From Candidatus Eiseniibacteriota bacterium (lineage in GTDB: Bacteria > Eisenbacteria > RBG-16-71-46 > JAGVPR01): a stretch of DNA of 40,920 nucleotides. The notes under the pieces are model-generated. The model had not been told where the DNA came from. It ran no database searches and saw nothing but the letters and a program-made list of their open reading frames with translations. This document shows positions 20,001 to 24,431 of the stretch, in pieces. How positions within the stretch are numbered: position 1 is the first letter of the stretch; each line of letters opens with the position of its first letter. Position numbers and translations under genes: made by a program. Location: NCBI GenBank assembly GCA_020052115.1, contig JAGVPR010000103.1:1-40920 (forward strand). Reading direction: 5' to 3'.

Positions 20001-23000
20001 AGTGGCAAGTGCCGTTGGTGAACGCCTGGAGGTTCTCGCCGTCCGGCACCACGTGCGCCCCGTTGTAAAGCAACGCGACGACGTCTTCCTGATCGCGGAA
20101 GACTCCCGGATACGGCTGGTCGCCGGTCTCATCCACCCAGAAGGCGTTCGGGGCGTCGAGCATCTCGTTGAAATTCACGTCCTCCGTCACCGTGTCGTTC
20201 ACGTCGCCGTCACGGTTGAGGTCCACGGCCACGTCCGGATCGAGGATGTCGCCGTCCAAGTTGAGGTCCACCAGGAGGACGGTCTCGTCCAGCGTGTTCT
20301 CGACCAGGCCCGCGTCGAGAACGCCGTTCGCGACGAGGTCCTCGCTGAACGGGGTGCCCAGGGCGCCCGGCAGAATGGGCCCGTCAACCAGGGTGAAGTC
20401 GCCCCAGTTGCGGTCAACGCGCAGGTCGTTCAACTGAACGACGGGCCGGCCGCCGATGAAGTTGAAGCCGCCGCCGCGGAAGTAGACCACGTCGCCGGGG
20501 CTGTACACGCCCGCGGTGGCGCCGCCCGCCTCGTCGCGGATGGCCCACTCATCAACGCCAGCCGAGAAAGCGCTCGCCAACGTCAATGCGCCGCCGGAAT
20601 CCGCGGCGTTCACGAGAACGTTCGAGCCCTCGCGGTAGGCCGTCTCGCGGGTGTCGCCCGGCGAGATGTTCGTATCGAGGTCATTGTCGGCGTAGATCGG
20701 CTCGAGGTTCACGACCCCCGTCGCCAGGTTCGCGCTGTAGTCCCAGTTACCGTCGTTGTCCTCGTCGAACCAGATCGGGGCATCAACGGCGGGCTGGAAG
20801 GCCGTCAGCGGAACCGGCTGAGGATCCGGCATGGCGAACGCGGCGTTCAGCTCCGGATCGCCCGCGCCGACGATGCTGCCCGGCGGGAAGTACTGATTCG
20901 CCGGCAGCGGCGCGCCTTCGAATACGTTGCAACGCTGGATGCCGGACTCGACGTTGGCCCCCAGACCCGAGGCCCGGTAGTAGATCGGTTCGCCCGGGCT
21001 CCAGGCCGTGCTGCCGTCCACGTCGTAGTACTTGAAGTCCGACAGATCAACGGTCTTGGCACGGGCGTCGTCGCTCGTGTCATCCGCCTGGTCCAGGAAC
21101 ACCGGCGATCCGTCCGACATGAAATCCACGCGGACGTCGCCGGCGTTGACCGTCGCGTCCGAGGAGACGTAGCTCGCGTCAATGTTCAGCACCCACGCGC
21201 CGCCCGTCCCGTTGTCCACGCGGAAGTTCGCGAAGAACGAGATCGGGTTCAGCGAGTCACCGAGGTCGTGCTCCAGCGCGCCGACGTTACCGTTCTCGTA
21301 CGTCACCGCGTTGAACACGCCGTCATTGTTCCGATCCCAGAAGATCGGCTCGCCGCTGTTGTAGAAGCCGTTGCCGTTGACATCCACGAAGTAGATGTCG
21401 TTCATGCCCTGGTGATCGCTCTGGAAGTTGTAGACGTTGTCGCCGCCGTTCGTGCTGTTGTCGGCGTTTCCGTCGTGGACCACCCGGACGATGTCGTCAT
21501 CCGAGCTGAAGCCGCCGGTGCCGAGGAAGAACTCGTCATCGCTGCCGGCGCCGTCGTTGTCGAAGCGGACCAGCGTGCCTGCCCCGGACGGCCTGATGAA
21601 GACCTCGCCGACGTCGAGGATCGAGTCGTTGTCCGCATCATTGAAGAACGGGTAAGTCGGGAGAAGGGTCGGGGGCCCGCCGCTCAGATCAACGGCCTGC
21701 TCCAGGGTCGAGAAATCGTTCAGCGACCCGGCCCCGCCGCTCCGCACGGCGGCCTCGGTTGCGTCGAGGGTGGCGTTGACGTCCACCGTCTCGTTGACGA
21801 TGGTCTCGCCGTCCTGCCAGAGCCCGTCGCCGTTCAGGTCAATGTAGCCGAAGGCGAGCGGGAACTCGGTCAGCGCCTGCCCCTCGGTCGCGTTCGGGCC
21901 TTCGTCAACCAGGACGATGTCGGCCGTGGCCGAATAGGTCATCGAGTTGTCCCAGTCGTCGAAGATCTCGTCGCCGCGAGCGGCGTCGGTCTGGTTGCCC
22001 TGGGTCTCGTCGTCGTCCCCGTCGAATCCGGCCACGCCGCTGTCGGCGTAACGCGTGCGGTGAACGACGGCGTTCACGTCGGTGAACGGCGTCGCGAGCG
22101 GAGAGAGCGGGGCGCCCGCGAAGGCATTCACGCCGTCGAAACCGGTCGAGACCGGCGTGTCCGCCGTCTCGGAGAAGACGCCCGTCGCAATCGGCACCCA
22201 GTTCGGGGCCGAGTACACCATCCCGCCGCCGTCAATGACGACCCACTCGTCGCCCGTGTACGCGGGCGGGTTGTAAACGATCGGGTCGTAGTCGAACGCG
22301 TTGTCGCCGTCCGAATCAACCCAGATCAGAGCGTAACCCGCCGAGTAGGACCAGCTAGCCGTGAAGGCAGTGCCCGTCGTGCCCGGGTCCGGTGCCGCGC
22401 CGACGAGAACCGGCTCGCTGTTGAAGACGTTGTTGTTGTTCGAATCCGTGACGGCCGCTTCGCCGAAGTCATACGTGCCGTTGACAACGACGTTGTCACG
22501 GAACTTGACCGGCGTATTCAGAAGCGAGCCGTTCGGAAGGCCAGCCATACCCAGAAGCGGGACGCCAAGGAGAACCGTCTCGCCCAGGTCGAACTGGTTG
22601 TTGACGGTGACGTTGTCACGCCAGATCGCCTCGCCGTTCTCGAAGGTGTCGTCGTGATCATCGTTCTCGAAGCGCGCGTCCGCCGGGAAGGCCGTAAGGG
22701 CGCTCTCATCGACCGGGAAGCCGAAGATAACAGGCTCCGCGTCGAACTGGGCGTTGCCCTGCGTGTCATCCCACACGACGTCGTCGGCCGGCTTGAACGT
22801 CCCGTCGCCGTTGACGTCAGCCCAGACCTCGTCCGCGGTGCTTCCGCCGAAGGTGTTGACCTCCGCGGTCCCCGCGAATGCGGCCTTCTGCACCTCGGTC
22901 AGGCCCTCCGGGAAGATGATCCCTTCCTTCTCGTAGGTCCCGGCCGGGGCCGTGCCGTCAACGTCGAAGAAGATGATCTCATTCGCGTTGTAATCGCCCG

Positions 23001-23574
23001 GGTCCCGGACGTTGCGGAAATAGGCACGGGCGTTGCCGGCGGTGGCGTGTCCCAGGGCCGTCATCCAGGCGGTGATCAAGTAGCCGGGAGTGCCCTCAGG
23101 CGGCGCCGTGCCGTCGGGAGAGAAGGTCAGCGCCTCGCCCGAGTCGAACTCACCGTTGGAGTTCGCGTCCACCCAGATGTCCTCGCCCGGATCCAGCTCG
23201 TTGTTCGCGCCGCCCGGCATGCCCGGGGCGTTCGTGAACATGGCGAGGTCGGGGAGCGCGACCCCCGTCTGGCCGGCCTCCATCGTCTCGACGTTCAGGA
23301 AGCCAGCGAGTCCCTTATCGGGATCGAACGGCGTGATCGGGTCCCCGATAGCGGAGGCCTTCGCGCCGTCGAACTCGATCCCGTCCTCGACTGTGTTGTC
23401 CGGGAGCTGCACGTCCAGGGTCAGGACGTTCTGCGTACCCGGTCCCACAGAGATCTCAGGGACGCCATAGTTGTCGACGTCGCTGGCCAGGAACGCCACG
23501 ACCGCCGAGCTTGCGAGAGCTAGCGCGGCGATCGTCACGATCAGCACCAGCGCCCTCTTGCCGTTCGAATTCAT
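5053..23574 (-). CDS. giant secreted multidomain adhesin-like protein (6,173 aa): N-terminal Ca-loop-like repeat region, Ig-like module array, two VWA domains, T9SS/FlgD-Ig-type C-terminal sorting domain
   Basis: Single open frame 5053..23928 (-). The start is set at ATG 23574: AAGGAGGA lies 7 nt upstream and a signal/anchor peptide follows (MNSNGKRALVLIVTIAALALASSAVVAFLA). The 118 codons upstream use AT-ending codons atypical for this genome. Domain evidence is given in the sub-features and findings. Confidence 0.9.
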   Translation of the reverse strand: MNSNGKRALVLIVTIAALALASSAVVAFLASDVDNYGVPEISVGPGTQNVLTLDVQLPDNTVEDGIEFDGAKASAIGDPITPFDPDKGLAGFLNVETMEAGQTGVALPDLAMFTNAPGMPGGANNELDPGEDIWVDANSNGEFDSGEALTFSPDGTAPPEGTPGYLITAWMTALGHATAGNARAYFRNVRDPGDYNANEIIFFDVDGTAPAGTYEKEGIIFPEGLTEVQKAAFAGTAEVNTFGGSTADEVWADVNGDGTFKPADDVVWDDTQGNAQFDAEPVIFGFPVDESALTAFPADARFENDDHDDTFENGEAIWRDNVTVNNQFDLGETVLLGVPLLGMAGLPNGSLLNTPVKFRDNVVVNGTYDFGEAAVTDSNNNNVFNSEPVLVGAAPDPGTTGTAFTASWSYSAGYALIWVDSDGDNAFDYDPIVYNPPAYTGDEWVVIDGGGMVYSAPNWVPIATGVFSETADTPVSTGFDGVNAFAGAPLSPLATPFTDVNAVVHRTRYADSGVAGFDGDDDETQGNQTDAARGDEIFDDWDNSMTYSATADIVLVDEGPNATEGQALTEFPLAFGYIDLNGDGLWQDGETIVNETVDVNATLDATEAAVRSGGAGSLNDFSTLEQAVDLSGGPPTLLPTYPFFNDADNDSILDVGEVFIRPSGAGTLVRFDNDGAGSDDEFFLGTGGFSSDDDIVRVVHDGNADNSTNGGDNVYNFQSDHQGMNDIYFVDVNGNGFYNSGEPIFWDRNNDGVFNAVTYENGNVGALEHDLGDSLNPISFFANFRVDNGTGGAWVLNIDASYVSSDATVNAGDVRVDFMSDGSPVFLDQADDTSDDARAKTVDLSDFKYYDVDGSTAWSPGEPIYYRASGLGANVESGIQRCNVFEGAPLPANQYFPPGSIVGAGDPELNAAFAMPDPQPVPLTAFQPAVDAPIWFDEDNDGNWDYSANLATGVVNLEPIYADNDLDTNISPGDTRETAYREGSNVLVNAADSGGALTLASAFSAGVDEWAIRDEAGGATAGVYSPGDVVYFRGGGFNFIGGRPVVQLNDLRVDRNWGDFTLVDGPILPGALGTPFSEDLVANGVLDAGLVENTLDETVLLVDLNLDGDILDPDVAVDLNRDGDVNDTVTEDVNFNEMLDAPNAFWVDETGDQPYPGVFRDQEDVVALLYNGAHVVPDGENLQAFTNGTCHFDDGGIGGGGGNGNYDYGEAVINDADADLRADIGEAVLAAGLAHNLDLDNAGPIPAASYVDIAPRDGAYQWGEAVVADLNVNEAWNVGEVVAFPSFVGAITDFDLEMFVDNNPANGTFDNLAEDIIRDVDGGGTFTTRPDTIRKDVLTKTTVLGAPLFAFDADYKFWNERVESDPDSPVNGYDYAENDEIIIDLDGDGYYTAAADVVLFQGAESYDPGHAISFFGTVPNSDPPIAADNILAGWVDADTDGNYDGTSGVEEDIYTDTPEGVPPVADGVVDTFDDMLTSFTVMNPYQAQEPTDISGVFIWVDADSNGIFDPDVDTNWGQATLVAPKAPGDNRTWRLEPATPIPALTEDRNHSGTLTAGLSEPAAGVDYNGDGDILDVIDETALGNGVNSALPAAKKDSDVDSQTNLFVTINVAAEPQQILSGNNFDATIPVDGMIFASLNTGPSDAPINNASAPGAGLIHIDNNAPSVTKISDIRLYGFFDSDGDGSITMSDGVSIVHSDSPPNQLFGDNEFEISSPYIPAQPAKGAARDREGRELNDILEGRRLTELDIYTPSDNDVLFIRMQYADFTVPGSVPPLADWSDLNYDPAGDAAGDGGAAGFNGLDDDSDWVIAFDIDGNGRPSAGEVGVDEMDAQVGQAIAAYDADFVDNDQDGYVDDFEFESPGTDLDNDGVLGEGFGVDFDGDTVNGEPDPTPSDNTYTTSMDDDEDGVDGIDYADGLDRTGMFFVRDNFNFVVHKPAPATTWTWQWDTYLTQLRLSGNPIDDKDGIWVKAVAYDQAENVVETYAAPTIFLLDNTAPGAEFKLATTEGTLIPNDSTIYDDEVYHAGATSVDTDVQWVELLYAKNSDPDFVNLITDATHATGRIHSLEEHISWTPDFVTNSPADSQDDYYFVARAADRLEWYNITTETWQPYIFRPNPDPNPTDPTLGIEIGNEEEVIMGNDSPADLAELHEVAVDGTMPHAVITRVYAKSWFEDSGTEYFKYGVRVPAYNAIELWVQHEDVNENHIIDSVTENDAERYMGCDLNGDGVVDSLAAPGDEIAWDLNQDGSFTTYSEDLNSNGRLDDLLPGGVLAVDDGDTTACENDIEKIVFEYTSDHVTWVPIATVTGTIDGSGNVADFTYPVVVTWDTTDPALFPEGEYDLRAVAYDIEGNFDPNPTIVTVTVDRSGLNAYFSPHGSPADSSTVCGIVDLHSVVYGLPADDVGSTRVLYRYIRGEEAGPSVADIVFLIDSSSSMQDPILSVQAAVQGFADELSATNVDFRLGLVDVESVPVLRQNLTADVAAFSTALNLLTPNETEVPTYDVLQNAAGAGMGINWRPGAERILILITDTTPEIGTAADLDFMANHEPAEEAAMVAIVDATNAKVFAICELNAAADAAANNGEYAGDVYAYDTVTLTTGGILYELASSSYAPVLSDIAGTVVGGFWTEIGADEDADSPGSTNTTAWADYVWPWDTNGLPDGYVTVEAIALDTLGNSDADRSDPGQRIHIFIDNTAPAPSFLMPADGTVISENNGNTVMEVLIDTNDEAGTDAVFLEWSFDGVNWNQIDGINNDEDFFTDAPTGLLKMFDGSDGVYTKGAGNTDLTVVEVGDTRRTAIGWTVPAYLISTVVTENDQDRGLPLLPFMKDGVNADPNEATIDGAPERSSPWRFVWLTKNTLGELENDRLVYLRATAEQECEGGDDLAAMTQIVVHVTDNVAPNTTLITVSEPDGDILAPTGTQTLANTLSIFATAADHGVLDEQGSVVDVSLWFRPREQDLDANGLADYDLLPQPGAVGDQWMAWTRAASDTTYPYIFDWDVSGLNGPYEFAIVATDSPGNRSVIDETKGGWLMITHMAATVTDPLDATINEGAIATIFADLASNPVDDAFDLVRFYRASVVLDEPVTPAFTTQGTYAGFWVADLLENTTDPDGDNLNGTDVRVDIGGTAGTYRTFADLAADPSPAVTDFAIDYGTDQIIFASDPAAAVMVDYHTSSWTLIAIGDEADPYTVDWQTARDGTNNGVWSIMARAETQSPLTNKEPPTAEWAIITVLDTDSPNFHVGGLGHQDVDDPAFYEVITAKLGNSINELSSLPPVTKLSGDEVDLLLVDDDAPADPLVPSSVIARLINETTGAVVAEQTMTPLAEDITEHGYMPITFKFFEADWYHLVTPGDFENVTLFFDRDADGVQDLLNELYPMTQSANVWTVVVGEVSEGSNIRYQFLVDTIGDNFDIDGNGTENPVDDPRNDTNPVGYVAPTLGDPTPWHFNLGDSRIILPANVDYWTNVDISTLPDGVYRWEFSGEDGNGSASTVGKRTVIDRTPITQTYAVNVMNNPFTPSNTLEPITSAPAAWLVGLQTYLVDEPGGVNIVDPAKVLFQYYDGQSWRWATIVGQDPDPVSSGWFVTWTTPTPGSVDDHLDNDRDLVVDESTEGDQVDNDNDGIIDEADEAQSVFQIRAVVFDDGFNVSYTPDEYLTDLTIDGMPALAEVKLASINGGPTEPVNGAVVRIGDPVTFFGQYTLAEKPVAVVFQWSPSPADSSWHDIDVTQVNEDDDYFTPIMGVQFETPDLDDETVEDGEHYYTATLNTESIRQVIFDDLGRSGDAYVEVRALAVDAVGNLGEQGRTSLVILNDMDGPVAHFWQLTNMTNGKTYWPDDPLMVFTGQAMVWAMATGLNEYDAVTGTLQISGDGVAWEDVTTVPLVDTPVSANRKLFIWTMDTDRWTDGLYQLRGIVRDADGNIGGDTDGNGVIDGTETVPMITVRFDHTPPAAVLIKAGGLPLVENHTTLIIPDYLPEETQFVPVLPTTVTFKAEDDGDSSTDIEMMTLEFRDDYRYPREDETAPRWLTIGTFEYRDYQGDDPGGDSAANGQWILEYYGLPNLFLAMQGGDNGATSEAAAVKAYQFRPLATDYAGNSSSDDPGQSLRIDPASPYIKDLFAGTYEMEGGGTDMNTDPLHVAGGDVAPLGAAIDDNFEALQGLPMESGGMFGARMEYRPASSINEADWTTIGLMTAPVDPYPTLWQISWTTPTNTAWADSLFALRATARDSAGNWSMLVRNNAVLVQDVTAPCNTRLTDVAATGGQILPQDVTETTLENGTWVAGSVALFATTAAGDQSMLPGGRALVNFEAHRDGMPTGEWILIESTPDTVSYEVFAGADNTLGEDWMINWNTLAIDGSGAAIYPDGHWQVRAYAVDVHGNSEKDAWGSGACSPVLFDVTVDNTAPMATMDFDPSTPAFEFEGTVERNQVFTAFARTETETEDDIIEFMYKLHTDLNVPSSWQSAQPGYDDTDVNPDETRPYSFDWDLNQMTPMLTVGATYDVVAASSDLLLNTDTAVQAMIDGRGLQLHVQDTIAPVATITKLVRAVGDEREVEFPEEEHVRGAVEIWATILKGDHDTEFVEFFYRPEGATTWTLADGDRDTTGDFTWVLRNWDTTPLAEGRYEFAAIAEDDAGNRDSAPPIVIMIVDHTAPTATWLPVEGDVEAGECILPWQDGFTAATLTINDSLDIVQQKSMIPNRGPDPRNRGWVAPHGTVPDSLVVYSIMMTSSGDVGAATFDWTASNGHNGAGVTTGSQVWIEGTVWVQFTPGVDSDGMPIANDDFEVGDVFTFSTDGRIVDLITVSTDTDVWRRDDTGRPIYEYKRASDPDDDPFWTYATITPSTPLVDDILNTYSTTWDISDLESCLYDLRVTYDDRAGNRDILNYTNTDGTFRHVTVDHIGPEVAITNIVNYTNDTTVDPVDFGTITDVTLGTAVKIHASADDDEPCIPASAETWVNKLQFQVLAGDIAGGGGRADIVWVIDGSGSMGSYQSAVAANAQVFANALAGKDVQLAVAWFGDPSGIINTDGSTGTPLVGTGQFTSSTSVFQTMVQAVGTGRSGAEHGLEALVESLQHYTFRPGAQKFFILVGDEPTQGDGLGVVLPALQGANVTVYSVITTSLGAAVLDYTNAALQTGGAVFDINGDFGQNLAALGVQIAAQVGGGGWQDLGIVQPTHDAGDPTDVTANVVWNTTGLPEGVYYLRVLAYDTACNMAISKIVQVNVIDKTPPIARIAGFDPDVIPHGDEPNTESTVYALTYSDDEITEVQFQYDIVNATWPAAGTDPDGLGWINIGIGSEVIADQFPKDNLWMAKFNLSAFDASVVERMRIRALAKDSDGNRDDVNAPVLVADLVMNPDQSKKLVAVLDFNRITSVDLSAPSQGNVVLKVATADPSEMPKAIAVSEDLDGNTTEQIVDFTKMVDSDVTWTGVLNLSGIANCGEMNISVTALAERANDILSPATPDTVDIEMQETLIASYQVTDALGTNGVVSIDGLSVYIPSGCGVAGCLLLAPTEAPTVSYDQGLYVTRFGNVYDIEWTSGGGAFDLGYNALVTMSYTDEELEALGLQGNEQLIMPRWLDQSGNDYDDEYWSAVAVTHVSVDTLNNLVTFRAASLDAEIFGDSDEDVGHIWSLFVPTANAPVYVYNFHPWSNGFTDRDPKILAYLNDYSGEGIDDEEIEVWIDNRIVAASGTGYVLGNGDFDVEQVNNDGTMYELTYKHSDRSVDYLAAGQHTLNIRFRTYETDTWVDLDPATPFASFGVDRKAPTVAFRGGFVSDPLLRNIAGYIGPTSFLTNPHTMLQAQAFDGEAGIHVREEQTQDPISTYWDEGLKYDLWLVDWEDDQNDVDEIEERVLLHQGTADELVPYLSPSLEEYSPSDTLLVSMPIVGGGAIDDRDVLEVTLYSVKEIEQNSDGWGFGCDQLDTLWVGSEPVLLCDGLFFDGESQEMHIYLQGWRDEVGNAGSPYVEQRFIVDRSAPTVQLLAPKTGACVSPVDNVVLTFRVADIGAGVDATSLRVALQGPEGEVTVAPPTYNQGTLTVTVAATAADPLSFGTYSGTVSGVDRLGNRFEVPFDFMVCTDNLEVFAPKVYPNPFNPNSAEGEGTAHFTFTLGRQADVSLEVYDFAGDKVVTLASRITHAAGPVDMLWAGETDDGGDLANGVYIARLTVTDGTRTQNVNLKVVIWRD
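5056..5352 (-). other. C-terminal sorting domain of the giant protein (T9SS type-A / FlgD-Ig-like)
   Basis: KVYPNPFNPNSAEGEGTAHFTFTLGRQADVSLEVYDFAGDKVVTLASRITHAAGPVDMLWAGETDDGGDLANGVYIARLTVTDGTRTQNVNLKVVIWRD. The blocks PNPFNP, VSL.vYD..G..V..L, W.G.D..G..v.nGvY and a terminal K.v..r match this domain type. The S8 peptidase C-terminus in this window carries the same blocks. Confidence 0.75.
8107..8680 (-). other. VWA domain 2 of the giant protein
   Basis: ADIVWVIDGSGSMGSYQSAVAANAQVFANAL...QKFFILVGDEPTQ...VTVYSVI. The MIDAS DxSxS motif (DGSGS) is encoded at 8641-8655. Gly4 linkers flank the domain (IAGGGGRAD ... QVGGGGWQD). Confidence 0.75.
15712..16317 (-). other. VWA domain 1 of the giant protein
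   Basis: ADIVFLIDSSSSMQDPILSVQAAVQGFADEL...ERILILITDTTPE...AKVFAICE. The MIDAS DxSxS motif (DSSSS) is encoded at 16276-16290. Confidence 0.75.
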
Positions 23575-24016
23575 TCTCGGTTCCTCCTTGGTGGAATGAG
23601 AATTTGAAACCGGACGACGTCTCAAAAAGTTTATGAGTGACCTCCACAGACCAGGATTACCGCCTGCCTCACTTCCGTACGGCTCCACTTTGCGCCTCCT
23701 CTTCCTCGACCGGTCGCCCGCTTCGTGGGTCGCGGTGTGGGGTTCCGTCTCCCGGACCGACCAGCCTTCAGGGATACACACCGTTTCACCGATAGCCTGT
23801 GGGTCACTCGCGTTCAGCGATGCATTGACTTTGTGGCCACCGAGCGTTGCCCTTGAGCCCTCCTTGTCTTCAGCGCCCAACGACGATCGCCCGACCGGTG
23901 CCGCTCCCCTCGCAAGGGGAGACCGCATCGGGCGGGCCCATCCATATGTGCGCCCTGTTACTTGGGACGAATGAACGCCCCAACATCACCTCCGCGACGG
24001 GCTACTCCAAACGGTC

Positions 24017-24046
24017 AATTCGTCGCAGAATAATTCGCGGCAGAAT
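24017..24046 (-). repeat. two abutting 15-nt direct repeats (candidate operator) overlapping the -10 and +1 of the giant-gene promoter
   Basis: Minus strand ATTCTGCCGCGAATT (24046-24032) is immediately followed by ATTCTGCGACGAATT (24031-24017), 13/15 identical. Each unit is an ATTC-N6-GAAT inverted repeat. Confidence 0.6.
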
Positions 24047-24072
24047 ATGCCCACCGCCTCCAACCTTGTCAA
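24044..24072 (-). promoter_or_regulatory. sigma-70-type promoter about 460 nt upstream of the giant gene
   Basis: Minus strand TTGACA (24072-24067), 17 nt, CATATT (24049-24044). This is the best -35/-10 match I found in the 857-nt gap. Confidence 0.55.
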
Positions 24073-24431
24073 CAGCAATTTGTCTTCGCGCTCACCGAAC
24101 GTAGTTCCGTCGGTCCCGGCGGCAACAAGTCCTATTTTCAACATCCTAGGCCCCCGCCCGAGCAATGGACCTCCCTTCGGAGGCCCGCACGCAAAGAGAC
24201 ACGCGCCGTCCAATGTCCAGCGCGAGCACCTCGTTATCAGACCAACATTTGTGCCGTTTCGCGGTTGCCCGAAACCGCGGTACGCTAACATGCGTTTTCG
24301 AAAGGTGTCAAGGGGATTCGAGGAAAACGCCGCACCACACGGAGCGAGTCAGCCTCCCCGACATCGCCACACTTCATCGGAGATGGCGGAAAGACCTTTA
24401 TCATTTTTTCCTGGTCCGGGCGGTTCGATGC

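Noticed and set aside
16960-23523. 2,187-aa plus-strand ORF
   Set aside because: It is the same codon-aligned antisense artefact of the giant gene ((16960-5053) is divisible by 3), with the same low-complexity composition.
23575-23928. 118-codon N-terminal extension of the giant ORF (track start 23928)
   Set aside because: This stretch uses AT-ending codons (tca, ata, ttt, ttg, aga, aat, tct, agt) unlike the rest of the gene and has no signal peptide. The ATG at 23574 has a perfect AAGGAGGA SD and is followed by a signal/anchor peptide.
23575-24036. Possible c-di-GMP (GEMM-I/II) or other known riboswitch in the giant-gene leader
   Set aside because: Only fragmentary resemblance, for example GGCGCAAAGUGGAGCC versus the ACGCAAAGC block. 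The paired first hairpin with GNRA loop and receptor and the other conserved blocks are missing. It cannot be called without a covariance-model scan.
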